A stretch of 64,000 bases of DNA from Octopus vulgaris. Its lineage: Eukaryota. The position numbers and the translations under genes were made by a program. The DNA lies in NCBI GenBank assembly GCA_951406725.2, contig OX597817.1, positions 46,562,001-46,626,000 on the forward strand. Reading direction: 5' to 3'. Under the pieces are notes generated by a model. It was not told the origin of the DNA. It saw only the letters and a list, made by a program, of their open reading frames with translations, and made no database searches. Of the stretch, positions 1 through 14,800 are shown one piece after another (position 1 is the stretch's first letter; every line of letters begins with the position of its first letter).

Positions 1-121
1 ATATATATATACATACATACATATATACATACATATATACATACATAGATAGATACATACATATATATATATATATATACATACATATATGTATATGTAT
101 ATGTATATATTTATACATACG

Positions 122-493
122 TAGGAGTGGCTGTGTGTTAAGTAGCTTGCTTACGAACCACATGCGTGGCACCTTGGGTAAGTGTTTTCTACTATAGCCT
201 CGGGCCGATTTGGTAGACGGAAACTGAAAGAAGCCCGTCATATATATGTATATATATATATGGGTGTGTATGTGTGTGCATACGTTTGTGTGTCTGTGTT
301 TGTCCGCCCCCAACATCGCTTGACAACCGATGCTGGTGTGTTTACATCTTACGTCCCCGTAACTTAGCGGTTCAGCAAAAGACCGATAGAATAAGTACTA
401 GGCTTAAAAGGAATAAGTCCTGGGGTCGATTTGCTCGAATAAAAGGCGGTGCTCCAGCATTTCCACAAGTAAAAGAGTAAAAGAGTAAAGAGT
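122..493 (+). mobile_element. SINE-B (tRNA-like head, CORE-like ccttgggcaagtg segment, internal microsatellite, CR1-type tail)
   Basis: ggagtggctgtgtg..gtagacggaaactgaaagaagcccgtc..ggcggtgctccagcat..(gtaaaaga)n. Confidence 0.85.
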
Positions 494-1842
<1,349 letters not shown>

Positions 1843-2779
1843 CCTCGGTGGGAATGAGTGCTCAACACCATATTTGTAGATAAACATACTATATTTGTGG
1901 GTTGACAAGGCAAGATATTTTTCATGTGAAGAGATCTTCGCAGTTGTCCAAACACGGCACACGGATGTGCTGGCGCACGACTCTACCTTCACATGAAACC
2001 ATTGCTTACTGTATACCTCACATATATATATATATTATGAAGACAGCGTGAGAGAAAAACAATTTTCCTGTTACGGTCACGAAGTGTAGAGAAAGAATGT
2101 TTAGAAATGCACTGGAAATTTGTTTAAACGGTGTATCCATATTTGCACAACCTGTTTCACGATTGTGTTATTTTCGTAAGTAGTGATTAATGTGAGGAAA
2201 TAAAACTATACCTTGTTTGTCTTGCTTAATAATTGCTCAGTTTCCATTTTGACCATTTCTATAGCAATTTTCTCTCGAACATTTCTTTGTCGTTCAGTTA
2301 TATTAGTTATAGCCTTCCTTTGTTATTTCCTATGAAGGACAATCGCTATTGAATTAATGTATCGTATTTGCCCTTATTTTTTCATGCATTCCAAGTGTCA
2401 AATTTGCAGTTCGTTCGATTTTGGTTGTATATATGATTGAAGTTATACTTCATTGAATGAATTTGTCTTCAATAATTATAATCGTTATTTCCTTTTTGTG
2501 GATTTGAGCTATGCTTTGTCTCTCACCTAGTGAACCTTCAAACTTTGGTGCAGCAAAGAATTTACCAAATTACCTTCTCTTTACAGACAACACCAATGTT
2601 TAATCAAGGGTAAATATGCTTGAGAATATGCTTCTTAGAATATGCCTCACCAAAAATACGCAACACGAGAGAATAAACTATAGCAACACATCTCACGGAG
2701 AGACTACACTATGGCAATCCACATTCTCACATATAATCGATAGTCAACCATAAGCTATGACGTTTATATTAACACATGG

Positions 2780-3013
2780 AAAGGCATTGAGCTGGCAGAA
2801 ACGTTAGCACGCCGGGCGAAATGCGTAGCCGTATTTCCTCTGCCGTTACGTTCTGAGTTCAAATTCCGCCGAGGTCGACTTTGCCTTTCATCCTTTCGGG
2901 GTCGATAAATTAAGCACCAGTTACGCACTGGAGTCGATGTAATCAACTTAATCCGTTTGTCTGTCCTTGTTTGTCCCCTCTGTGTTTATCACCTTGTGGG
3001 TAGTAAAGAAATA
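2780..3013 (+). mobile_element. SINE-A (tRNA-like head, Tx1-type tail) with 15-bp TSD
   Basis: Head gagctggcagaaacgttagc..gagttcaaattcc (A/B-box-like). TSD tatattaacacatgg at 2765-2779 and 3014-3028. Confidence 0.9.
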
Positions 3014-3316
3014 TATATTAACACATGGTAGGGTAAAGTGTAACGACCCTCTTCGGTCACGAATGACCATGGGATTGCACATAGAAATTTAGCCTCCGAA
3101 ACACAAATACGAGGTAAAGTTGTTTATGCAAGACCAGCAGTCATCCATGCATACCGGCCTCCCCCTCTCAAGACTACCAACGTTATCCTAGTGGAAGACA
3201 GTGAGGAAAACAATTTTGCTGTTACGGTCCTGGAGAGAAATGTTGAGAAAGAATGTTTGAAAATGCACTGGGAAAATATCTAAATGGTTCATATGCATTT
3301 CCACAACATTTCTACA

Positions 3317-3695
3317 GGCGCAGGAGTAGCTGTGTGGTAAATAGCTTGCTTACCAGCCACATGATTCCGGGTTCAGTCCCACTGCGTGGCATCTTCGCCA
3401 AGTGTATTCTACTATAGCCTCGGACCGAACAAAGCCTTGTGAGTGGATTTGGTAGACGGAAACTGAAAGAGGCCCGTCGTATATATATATATGTTTGTGT
3501 GTCTGTGTTTGTCCCCCCAACATCGCTTGACAACAGATGCTGGTGTGTTTACGTCCCCATACAATAGCGGTTCGGCAAAAGAGACTGATAGAATAAGTAC
3601 TAGGCTTACAAAGAATAAGTCATGGGTTCGATTTGCTCGACTAAAGGCGGTGCTCCAGCATGGCCACTGTCAAATGATTGAAACAAGTAAAAGAG
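3317..3695 (+). mobile_element. SINE-B
   Basis: Near full-length match to 122-493. Confidence 0.88.
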
Positions 3696-4037
3696 ATGTG
3701 TGATCTGGTGCAACGTGAAATAAAGTGTCTTGCTCAAGAACGTAACACACAGAGCCCGATCCGGTCCTCAATATTGTGAGCCTGACTATCTAACCTCTGA
3801 GCCACGCGACACTCCCTAGACGAACACAACCTTAACTTCTGGGTGCAATTTCGTCCATATCATCATGTGACCTGGTGCATGTACATACCGCTGTATTCAC
3901 TGTTGCAATATAACTTTAACTAACATTCATATATCGAAGTGGCAGTGATACCCTTACCTTCTGAACAGTTTCAACCAACCGAACAGCACCTCAGCAGATA
4001 ACAGTTTAAGCCGTAATCACTCCATAAGGAAATATAA

Positions 4038-4084
<47 letters not shown>

Positions 4085-4120
4085 TGCAAATACAGGTATA
4101 TATAATTATACACATTTATT

Positions 4121-4165
<45 letters not shown>

Positions 4166-4240
4166 ATATATGTGGGGGGGGGCCTGTATTTAAGTTTGTC
4201 TGTGAGTATGCGTGCGTGTACAGGAATAAAAGCTGTTACA

Positions 4241-4540
4241 GGTGCAGGCGTGGCTGTTGGTTGATAAGAAGCTTGCTTCCCAACCATAAGGTTTCCGGGC
4301 TCAGTCCTCACTGCGTGGCACCTTAGGCAAGTGTCTTCTACAATAGCCACGAGCCGACCGAAGCCTTGTGAGTGGATTTGGTTGATGGAAACTGAAAGGA
4401 GCCCGTTATACACACACACACATGCACACACATATTTGTGGGTCTGTGTTTGTCACCCGTACCATCGCTTGATAACCGGTGTTGGTGCAGTTACGTCCCC
4501 GTAACTTAGCGGTTCGGCAAAAGCAACTGATAAGAACGAA
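4241..4540 (+). mobile_element. SINE-B (3'-truncated)
   Basis: Head and body match SINE-B. Confidence 0.8.
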
Positions 4541-4921
4541 AGAATAGTTAGAGTTACCCAGATTTAGTGTCTCCGATATATTTTCAAAAATATTCCCAGT
4601 TCATACTTTACACACGTAACAACTTTTAAAATACTGAGACGAATCCCATTTTAACGTCCTTAATTGTTTACAACGGAGGCGGTAGTGATTATAGAGTTAG
4701 ACGTAGTGATTGGTATTTGTGTTAGTACATTTTACCATCGTCATTTTGCTTCAGTTTCTGTTTGGCTTTTGTTTTTTTATCACCGCCAAACAGATAACAA
4801 ATAAGAACAATGAAAACAATAGGTATACCCTCACCCCTAACATCAACCCATCTAAAAACACGATAAAATGGTGAATTTAAAATCAGCTACAATAGCAAAA
4901 AGAATTAGCACACACACACAT

Positions 4922-4960
<39 letters not shown>

Positions 4961-5918
4961 CATATATCCTCATAGATACATACCCACACGCACACACACA
5001 CACTCTCATATATAGATTTTAAAGATAATTATAGATACATACACATACATTCACACACACTCACACACACACTCACACACACACGCACATATATATACTT
5101 ATAGATACATACACACACACGCACACATGTAAATGAATATATATAATTATAGATATATACACACACACTCACACATACACACACACTCAAACATACACAC
5201 ACACGCACACATATAAATGTATAAACATTAATAAAGATATATACACACACTCACACAAACACACATACACACGCACACACACACACACACGTGTATATAT
5301 ATATATATATAAATATATATATATGTACTTATAGATACATACAAAAACATGCACATAAATGTATATATAAAATTATAGCTATATCACACACACATACACA
5401 CATACATAAATACATACATATACACACACACACATATATATATACATACATATATACTTATAGATAGATACACACACTCACTCACACATACACAATATAT
5501 ATATGTATGTGTGTAAGCCAGAGGCGAAATAATGTTGTTGAGGGTTTGTATATTATAGGCAAGGAATGCGATAGCAATGTGTTGCAGATGGAAACCATAG
5601 CAAGAATCCAAACGAGCTATTGAGGAAGATGACGACGGAATTTCAAGTAAGTTTTATTGTTTTATCGCTGTTCTCATTGTTGGCTTACTGACTGCATCTG
5701 TTATCATTGTCACAGACATCGGAATTCTTCTAATTGCCAATTGAAGTTATCTATACCCGCACGTCCATCGCCACCGGCATCACCACCACCACCGCCGTCA
5801 CCACCCCGAAATGCCATCGTCGTCGTAGTCCTCGTGGTTGTCGTCACCCATCGTCATCATTAGCGAAAGCGCGGTTGCAAGTTTCAATCATGAATATTTT
5901 TACAATCATCATTACACG

Positions 5919-6708
5919 CGGCGAGCTGGCAGAAATGTTAGCACGCCGGGCGAAATGCGTAGCCGTACTTCGTCTGCTGTTACGTTCTGAGTTCAAATTC
6001 CGCCGAGGTCGACTTTGCCTTTCATCCTTTCGGGATCGATAAATTATGTACCAGTTACGCACTGGGGTCGATGTAATCGACTTAATCCGTTTGTCTGTCT
6101 TTGTTTGTCCCCTCTGTGTTTAGCCCCTTGTGGGTAGTAAAGAAATAGGTATTTCGCCCGGCACTGTTCAAAGTTCAAATTCCGCCGAGGTCGACTTTGT
6201 CTTTCATCCTTTCGGGGTCGATAAATTAAGTGCCAGTTACGCACTGGGGTCGATGCAATCGACTTAATACGTTTGTATGTCCTTCTTTGTCCCCTCTGTG
6301 TTTAGCCCCTTGTGGGTAGTAAAGAAATAGGTATTTCGCCCGGCACTGTTCAAAGTTCAAATTCCGCCAAGGTTTACTTTGCCTTTCATCCTTTCGGGGT
6401 CGATAAATTATGTACCAGTTGCGTACTGGAGTCGATCTAATCGACTGGCTCCCTCCCCCAAAATTTCGGGCCTTGTGCCTAGAGTTAAAAAGAATCGTTA
6501 GCAGGCCGGGCGAAATGCTTAGCGGTATTTCGCCGGTCACTAAGATCTTAGTTCAAATTCCGCCGAGGTCGACTTTGCCTTTAATCCTTTCAGGGTCGAT
6601 AAAATAAGTACCAGTTGAACACTAGGGTCGATGAAATTGACTATCCCTTTCCCAAAAATGTCAGGCCTTTTGCTAATAGTAGAAAGAATAATAATAATAA
6701 TAATAATA

Positions 6709-6794
<86 letters not shown>

Positions 6795-6878
6795 TATCAA
6801 GCAGCGACCTGGCAGATTCGTTAGCACGCCGGGCGAAATGCTTGGCGGTATTTCGTCTGCCGCTACGTTCTGAATTCA

Positions 6879-6882
<4 letters not shown>
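5919..6882 (+). mobile_element. SINE-A tandem cluster (5 units, two tail types, internal AAT/TAT tract)
   Basis: Repeated gttcaaattccgccgaggtcgactttgcctttcatcctttcggggtcgat units joined at aaagaaata|ggtatttcg. Confidence 0.88.
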
Positions 6883-6916
<34 letters not shown>

Positions 6917-7556
6917 AGAGAGAGAGAGAGAGAGAGAGAGACCACTGGAACTGCTAGATCACGTAATTTCAGCCTGCTATGGGTTCCTCAGTGGCAGATG
7001 TTCAGCAGCTGCATGACAGCCGAACCTCCCGTCGACGATATATAGAATCTGTGTCTGTTCAGACACAGGTGTCGTATATAGCTATTGGCCTTATTAAAAA
7101 TTAATAGCAGGTCAAGCTGTATTAACACCAAAAGGTTATCTTGAATATTTTTTGCTTAAATCTTGGCAAAGTCGGTTTTGACTTCCATCCAAAATTTGTC
7201 CGATAAATTAAAATTTTAGCAAGCTACCCATTTTGATGCAATTATTTGTGTACTTGCTCATTATAACATCTTCTCATGCAATACATAACCAGTTAAAGTG
7301 CTACAAGTAATATTAGATTTAAATGTTGGTACTAGGGCGGGAATGCCGAGGTAGAAGCAAGTCGGTTACCTCAACTAGTACTAATTTTATCGACCCTGAT
7401 ACACGAAAAGCGAAGTTAACCTCAGCAGGATTTGAACTCAGAACGTAAACACGAACCTAACGTCGCTAAGCATTTTGCCACGCATACTTAACAATTCAGC
7501 CACCTTGCCGCGTTAAAGCTAACAGTAATGTTAGACGTGTAAAGACGATGGCCTAT

Positions 7557-7800
7557 GGAGGCGCATGGTTTAGTAGTTAGGGGTGTTGGATTCATGATCG
7601 ACAGATTGTGGTTTCAATACCTGGACCAGACGATACGTTGTGTTCTTGAGCAAAACACTTCATTACAGATTACTCCAGTCCATTCAGGTGATAAAACATG
7701 AGTCATCTTGCTACCGACCTGTGTCCCGTATAGCGGGGAATATATACGCCAGAGAAACCTGAAAACCGGTCCTTGGGAGTCTATATGACTCGGGAAGGAC
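7557..7800 (+). mobile_element. SINE-C (diverged)
   Basis: tRNA-like head ggaggcgcatggtttagtagttagg..ggtttcaatacctgg. Tail resembles 50859-51110. Confidence 0.65.
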
Positions 7801-7959
7801 CTAAAGACGATGGCTGGGGTGGTTGTAGCGGCAGTAGTGATGGTGGTGGTAAGAATGGTGACGTTGGAAATATAGATTCTGCTCTTGTTATTGGCTGTGG
7901 TCCTAGGAGGGATAACGATGGTTAAGTTGATAATGGTGTCGTGGTTGTGGAGCATGTGT

Positions 7960-8373
7960 TACTCTTAATCTTTTACTCTTTTAATTGTTTCAGTCATTAG
8001 ACTGCGGCCATGCTGGAGCACTCCATTTACTCGAACAAATCGACCCCAGCACTTATTCTTTGTAAGCCTAGTATTTATTCTATCGATGTCTTTTGCCAAA
8101 CCGCTAAGTTACGGGGACGTAAACACACCAGCATCGGTTGTCAAGCGATGTTGGGGAAGGGAACAAACACAGACACACATACATACACATACACATATAT
8201 ACATATATACGACGAGCTTCTTTCAGTTTCCGTCTACCAAATCCACTCACAAGGCTTTGGTCAGCCCGAGGCTATAGTAGAAGACACTTGCCCAAGGTTC
8301 CACGCAGTGGTAGTGAACCCGGAACCATGTGGTTGGTAAGCAAGCTACTTACCACACAGCCACTCCTACGCCT
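7960..8373 (-). mobile_element. SINE-B
   Basis: Reverse-complement match. Tail hairpin cagtc-taat-gactg. Confidence 0.88.
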
Positions 8374-8384
8374 GTTGTTTATGA

Positions 8385-8602
8385 TATTGGTTTAAAATTT
8401 TGGCACAAGGCCAGTCATTTTGAGGGAGAAGATAAGTCAATTAAGTCGAACCCCAGTTCTCAACTGGTACCTATTTTATCGACCCCGAAAGTATGAAAGG
8501 CAAAGTCGACCCCGGCGGTGTTCGAACTCAGAACGTAAATACGGATGAAATGCCGCTAGAGATTTTGTTCCACTGCAAACCACTCTGCCAGCTCGCCACC
8601 TT
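8385..8602 (-). mobile_element. SINE-A, alternative tail
   Basis: cgaccccgaaagtatgaaaggcaaagtcgac..gaactcagaacg..gccagctcgcc, with tail ggccttgtgcc on the minus strand. Confidence 0.75.
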
Positions 8603-8639
8603 AATACTGGTAATATTATGGATCCTTTTTGTGGGAGTG

Positions 8640-9030
8640 GGGTGATGGTGATGGGGGTGGGGTGAGGGGGTGATGGAGCTGGTGGTGGTGGTAGTAGTGG
8701 TGGTACTGGCGGTGGTGGTGGTGGTGGTGGTGGTGGTAGTGGTGATGGTGGTGGTGGTGGTTGTGCTGGTGCTGCTGCTGCTGGTAGTGGTGTTGGTGGT
8801 TGTGGTGATGGTGGTGGTTTTGGTGGTACTGGTAGTGGTGGTGCTGGTAGTGGTGATGGTGGTGGTGGTGGTGGTTGTGCTGGTGATGGTGGTGGTGGTG
8901 GTAGTGGTGGTGCTGCTGCTGCTGGTGGTGGTGTTGGTGGTTATGGTGGTGGTGGTCGTGGTGTTGGTGGTAGTGGAGGTGGTGGTGGTGGTGGTTGTAG
9001 TCGGTGTTGTTGTAGTCGGTGTTGCAGTGT
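8640..9030. repeat. Degenerate (GGT)n trinucleotide tract
   Basis: GGT/GCT/GAT/AGT triplets. Confidence 0.95.
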
Positions 9031-9621
9031 ATTGATTACGTTGGAGATAACATTGATGAATCTGATTATTGTCGCTAACGTAACCCTAGCGGTCATGGCT
9101 GGCGATTGGCTTGTAACTTTAAATGCGTTATAGACAGAAACTGTGTGTCAATGACTGAAATTTATTGGAAAGAAGAAAAAAAATTAACTTCAACTGTTCA
9201 TAGTTTCCAATTTTAATGTGAAAGATAAGTAACTTGCAGATTAAAATGTCGTCTATAAAAGTACCGAATATAATACTGTTTTATTATTGAAAACGTTCAA
9301 TGATATAGCTCGGATAATGCAATGTCTCTATTTGCCTGAGGGAATGAATTTCCAATTCATACGCAACGAGATTATTTACAAATACTCCTCCTTTATAAGT
9401 CTCCGAGAGTAATTGACTGTTAATAGTTAAATGCGACTCAGACTGATGTAAACAATGTTAACCCCGCCGGGATTTGAAATGGGGAATTAAAGAAACGCGA
9501 CTGTAAGTAGTGCTGCAAAAGGCGTTCGACAGATTTCTGCCAAACTTCGGCTTATAAAATGTTTCGCATTTAAACCAGACTATATAGAATGCCTGTTTGC
9601 AAGATAAGCACGAAGGAAGCA

Positions 9622-9810
9622 GTAATAATAATGATAATAATGATGATGATGATGATGATGATTATAATGATAATAAGGATAATAATGATAATAATGATAA
9701 TAATAATAATAATAATAATAATGATAATAGTAATAATAATGATAATAACAATAATAATAATAATAACAATAATAATAATAGTAATAATAGTAATAATAAC
9801 AATAATAATG

Positions 9811-9867
<57 letters not shown>

Positions 9868-10430
9868 TAAAGAGAGCAGGCGGGCGAGGGAGAGGAGGAG
9901 GTAGAGATGGGATAGCGGGAGGGAGGTGATGGAGGTGGGGGGGAGGGAGAGGAGGAGGATGAAGAGGGAAGGATGAAGAGGGGAAGATGTAGAGAAGGGG
10001 ATGAAGAGGGAAGGATGAAGAGGGTGAGGATGAAGAGGAGGGGGATGAAGTGGAGGAGGATGAAGTGGAGGAGGATGAAGAGGAGAATGTTAAAGAGGAG
10101 GAGAGGAGGGAGAAGAGGAGGGGAGGAAGAGGAGAGGAGGAGAGAGAGGTGGAGAAGGGAGAGAAGGAAGAGGAAGCGGAGGGGAAGGGAAGGGAGAGGA
10201 AGAGAAGGGAAAGGAGGGAGAGAAGGAGAAAGGCGATGAAGAGGAGGGATAGGAGTAGATGAGAAAGAGGAGGGGGGAAGGAGGAGAAAGAGAAGGGAGT
10301 CATAGACAGATAGATAGACAGAGAGAGAGAGAGAGAGAGAGAGGAGAAGGAGGAGGACGAGGAGGAGGGCAAGCAGCAGCAACAGGAGCGGGAGAAGGTG
10401 CAGGAGGAGCAGGAACGGAAGGAAAGAAAC
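9622..10430. repeat. (TAA/TGA)n tract followed by ~560-bp polypurine (GGA/GA) tract
   Basis: Direct inspection. Confidence 0.95.
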
Positions 10431-10607
10431 ATAATTCTCAGCATTTTGGTCTCCCTCCTATGCAATATATCATAGCTAATCACGACGTTGCATCAAATCT
10501 CTGGAGAAGATTTGCTGCCGAAAAGCTCGTGTAAACAAAGCACTACGATGAAAATAATATTGATGATGATGATGATCATGATGATGGTAATAGTAATAAG
10601 GATGATG

Positions 10608-10664
<57 letters not shown>

Positions 10665-10668
<4 letters not shown>

Positions 10669-10802
10669 AAAAAAGAAGCACTGCTTGGAACCGCTCGAAT
10701 ACTCCGGAAGGTGCTCGAAAAATAAGGGCTGTGATTTTGGTTCACTGGTAGTGAACAGCTGACACCGTAGTACATCTCCAGCGTTAGAAGCTGTGCAAAG
10801 AC
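10665..10802 (+). mobile_element. 5'-truncated Dong/R4-like 3' end (subfamily 3)
   Basis: Encodes ...EALLGTARILRKVLEK*, homologous to the C-terminus of the intact ORF (IVLTGTSHVLRRALSM). (TAA)n on both sides. Confidence 0.75.
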
Positions 10803-10874
10803 AATAAGATAATATTAATAATAATAATGATAATAATAATAATAATAATAATGATGATGATGATGATGATGATA

Positions 10875-10940
10875 AGAGTTTCTTTGCCCTAGGTGTTGGC
10901 AAGACACTCAGCAACAAATGAAAACAAAATTAAAAGAAGA
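10875..10940 (+). mobile_element. Dong subfamily-1 3'-terminal fragment
   Basis: gagtttctttgccctaggtgttggcaagacactcagcaacaaatg aligns with 15740-15785. Followed by (TAA)n. Confidence 0.7.
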
Positions 10941-10961
10941 TAATAATAATAATAATGGTAA

Positions 10962-11160
10962 TAATCCGTTTTACTAAAGGCATAAGTCCTGCAAAATTGT
11001 TGGAGTGGGTAAGTCAATTGTATCGACCCCAGGACTTGTCTGGTACTTAATTTATCGACCCGGAAAGAATTATATGCAAAATCGATCTCAGCGGAATTTG
11101 AACTAAGAACGCAAAACCTTTATGTCCGGCGCGCTAACAGTTCTACCAGTTCGCCGCCTT
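10962..11160 (-). mobile_element. SINE-A, alternative (ATT)n tail
   Basis: Diverged SINE-A body. The tail runs into the TAA tract at 10941-10965. Confidence 0.7.
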
Positions 11161-11167
11161 AATAATA

Positions 11168-11556
11168 AACGAGACATTGTTGTGATGAAGGAAAAAGTAA
11201 GAACATGTATATGCCCCGGTGACAACAGGACCAATGTGAAAGAAGAAGAAAGAAAGAAACAATTATGACGATTTAAAGTGGGAAATACGAAGGTTCTGGT
11301 CAATGACGAGAGTAGACGTAATACCAATAGCAATTGGTGTACTTAGAAGTATCAGCACTCAATTACTAACATGGCTGAAAAAGATTGGTGCAGGTGTGAA
11401 GGTAGAACGCCAAGAAAAATCAGCATTGCTTGGAACTGCAAGAATTCTTCGCAGGTTCTTAAAACATTACCAGTAAACAAGTGTCACCTTAGTCTGTTGG
11501 CTGTGGAGAGCTGACACTTTCGATCATACCAAGTAAAATAAGCAACAAGTTTTCAT

Positions 11557-11557
<1 letters not shown>
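11168..11557 (+). mobile_element. 5'-truncated, degenerate Dong/R4-like element (subfamily 4)
   Basis: Frameshifted translation DIVVMKEK..CPGDNRTNVKEEE..YDDLKWEIRRFWSMTRVDVIPIAIGVL..SALLGTARILRRFL, the end of an RLE domain. Short TAA before and (TAA)n after. Confidence 0.75.
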
Positions 11558-11612
<55 letters not shown>

Positions 11613-11825
11613 CAAGCCAGCCAACGAGACAGACAGACACTACTGTGATGGTGATAATGATAAAAAAACAAAAATAACAATAATAAGATACTGCTGTGAC
11701 TACACATAAAACAATATCATTGATGATGATGGTGGTGATGGTGATGGTGATGATGATAATGATGATGGTAATGGTGGTGATAATGATGATAGTGATGGTA
11801 ATGGTGAAGATAATAACAATAATAA

Positions 11826-14800
11826 GCCGACTACGGCTGCTATAATGGTACGATTATAATTGTAACGGCAATGATGGCCGTCTCCCCACGAGCCAATCAA
11901 AGCTAAAAAATGATAACATTATCGTAGCACCAAAATGTTTTTGGAAACTAAAAGGAAAACTAAATCAGTATACCAAATCGCTTGTCCTATGGTTAATCTG
12001 GAAGCGCGTCCCCCAGGGAAGAGCCAGCCTGGGATCGAAAAGTCATCAACTGGCACAAACTCTTCTCCGAATACGGACATGGATGGTCACTTGAACGGGA
12101 AATCCCCCAACTCGAGCCCTCCAAGTTCACCACCACAACCACCACAGAAAGAAAAATGTAAGCGGAACAAATGGACCCGAGAAGAGTATAAAGAAATAAT
12201 ATACGCTTATTACTATGCATTAGGTAGGCCATCTCAAGAGAGACACACCGCAAACTCTTACAGTATATGGAGAACACGGAATCAAGACAGTAGGCCCTAT
12301 TTGGACGAGAACAAATTAGCAAATGTGAGGAGGGATATCTTTAGAAATAACAGACTCACAGACAGTGAAATAAGTGCGATCAAGCACGCAACGGAAAATG
12401 ACATAAATATAAGACACAAAGGAAATGAAGAATCAGATGAACAGTATAGCCCGCCACGAGGCTTAATTGAAAGACTGTCATCTGACCAAAGTACGCAAAG
12501 GCCTGAAGATACAAGAAATTCTATTGTACCTGTTAAAGATAGCCAGGAAAACGAAAAAACAACAGTAACTGAAGATCTCGCATTTGCTGAAGAACACAGA
12601 GAGTCTATGGCAGAAATGAGGCAGAAAATCCTGAATACGCTTGAAGTTGTAAGACATACAAGTATGAATGATAGAGAACCGCTTCATAAACTCTCAAATA
12701 CAAACCAAAATAAAAAACAAATCCAAATTGGCAACTATGTAACAAATGAAATAATACGAGAATTAAAACCTGATTTTACTGAGTTAAATGAAATTATTTA
12801 CGCTTCTGCTAGGGCAATTGAAACCAGCTGTATGCCCCCGAAAAAACAAAGAAAACAAAACCTGGGAAGAAATCAAACCTGGAGAAGTAAAATTGAAAAA
12901 GAGATTGAATTTATGAGAGGGGAAATATCAATATTAAATGAACTAATATGTGGAAATGATGTAAGATCCAGAACAGGAAGAAAGATGAAGAGAAAATTTG
13001 GATCCTCACCAAGAGAAGAACTGATATCAATAAAAGAAACGCTGAAACAAAAAGTCCAAGCAAAAGCCCAAAGAATACGAAGATTTGAGAAGAGAAACAA
13101 GTTTTACAAGCAAAATAAGCTGTTCACATCCAATGCCAAAAAATTCTACAGAGAAATAGGGAAGGAGAAAGTAACCGTTAAAGACCCCCCTCCCATGGAA
13201 GAAGTTCAAAACTTTTGGGAAAGGATTTGGAGTGACAAGAAGACGTACAACATAAATGCAGACTGGATTATACAAACTGAAGGATCCTACCAAAATTTAC
13301 AACAACAAGCATGGGAAGACATCACAATAGCAGACCTAAGAAAGGCACTCACGAAGGCCCATAATTGGAAATCCCCCGGTAAAGATAGGGTGCCGAATTT
13401 CTGGTTCGCATCGCTCCCGTGCGCACACGGTAAGCTAGTTCAGCTGCTCAATGGAATTTTGAGAGACCCAAAGAAAACACCTGAATGGTTAGCAAGTGGC
13501 ATTACTTACCTACTCCCAAAGAATAACGAAACCAACCTTCCAAAAAACTATCGGCCTATAACCTGTCTATCCACCACGTATAAAATCCTAACATCTATCC
13601 TGGCGGAGAAAACATATGCATTCATGGAGGAGAACGATATTTTCCACATTGAACAAAAAGGGTGCCGCCGAGGCTCTTACGGATGCAAAGATCAACTGCT
13701 AATCAATCGTATGATCCTTGAGAACTGTCACAACAAGCGCAGAAATCTCAGCACCGCATGGATTGACTATAAAAAGGCCTTCGACAGTATACCGCATCCA
13801 TGGATCTTGAGATCGCTGGACATCTTTAAAATTTCCCCTGTGATTTCAAACTTCCTGAAGCACAATATGTCGTTGTGGAATACGAATCTCCAATTATACC
13901 ACTCTAATGGAGTACTTGCCTCAGAAAATATAAACATCAACTGTGGAATTTTTCAAGGTGACTCACTTTCACCTTTAATATTCTGCATAGCCCTAATACC
14001 CCTTACAAGTGAATTAAACAGAACAGGGTATGGGTATAAAATTGCCAATAAAAAAATAAGCCATCTATTTTATATGGATGACTTAAAACTTTATGGTAAA
14101 GACAATAATGAACTTGAAGGCCTATTGCGCACCGTGAAAGCATTCAGCGATGACATCGGGATGGAGTTTGGACTTGAGAAGTGTGCCAAGGCCACTTTCC
14201 AGAAAGGGAAAGTGAAGACCACAAATTCAGTCGTGTTAGATGTTGACACAGTCATAAGAGAGCTTGAGCAAGAACAGACATACAAATATTTAGGGATAAA
14301 TGAAGGCTCTGGTATTCAGCATGCAAGCATGAAAGAGAAAATCAGGAAGGAATGTTATAGGAGAGTTCGTGCAGTCCTGAAATCTGAACTAAATGCACGT
14401 AACAAGGTGTTAGCTATAAATTCCTTAGCAGTTCCAGTTGTTACTTATAGCTACAATGTGTTGAACTGGAATATGAGTGAAGTAAAGAATATAGATACAA
14501 AAATACGCAAGCTGCTGAGTTGTAATAGGATGCACCACCCAAAGGCAGACGTAGATCGCCTTTACCTTCCCAGAGCCCAAGGAGGTCGAGGCCTGATCCA
14601 ATTTGAACTAGCTTACAAAACAACCACAATTGGACTGGCCAAATATCTCGAAATATCGAATGACTGGATGCTAAAGCTCGTGGAAAATCACGAGAGACGA
14701 AAGAAGCTTCATTCTATCATCAAGGAAAGCAAAAAATTTCCTATTGATCTCGTGCAGGATACCCAAACTGAACAACCCGAGGGAAGTACGGCAACTATTG

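Noticed and set aside
5588-5646. Possible exon (tgcag|...|gtaagt; DGNHSKNPNELLRKMTTEFQ)
   Set aside because: Weak polypyrimidine tract, no recognisable protein similarity and no partner exons.
5919-6882. Regularly spaced repeats resembling a CRISPR array or tRNA cluster
   Set aside because: The units are ~185-bp SINE copies with no unique spacers. The heads are tRNA-derived but do not form complete cloverleaves, and the context is eukaryotic.
6882-6941. Perfect (TC)n-(GA)n palindrome, and the (AAT)n-(TAT)n inversion at 6686-6790
   Set aside because: The TC/GA palindrome truncates a SINE abruptly. It is most simply a microsatellite-joined assembly junction or local inversion, and no function can be supported without reads.
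9570-10483. 270-aa and 273-aa minus-strand ORFs, and the poly-Val ORF at 8670-9035
   Set aside because: Pure low-complexity trinucleotide or polypurine repeats.
11826-11935. Possible HDV-like ribozyme in the Dong 5' UTR (cgt-ctcccc-acg hairpin, downstream gctaa)
   Set aside because: I could not find a 7-bp P1 or the P1.1 GG by eye. It needs an RNAmotif/Infernal search.
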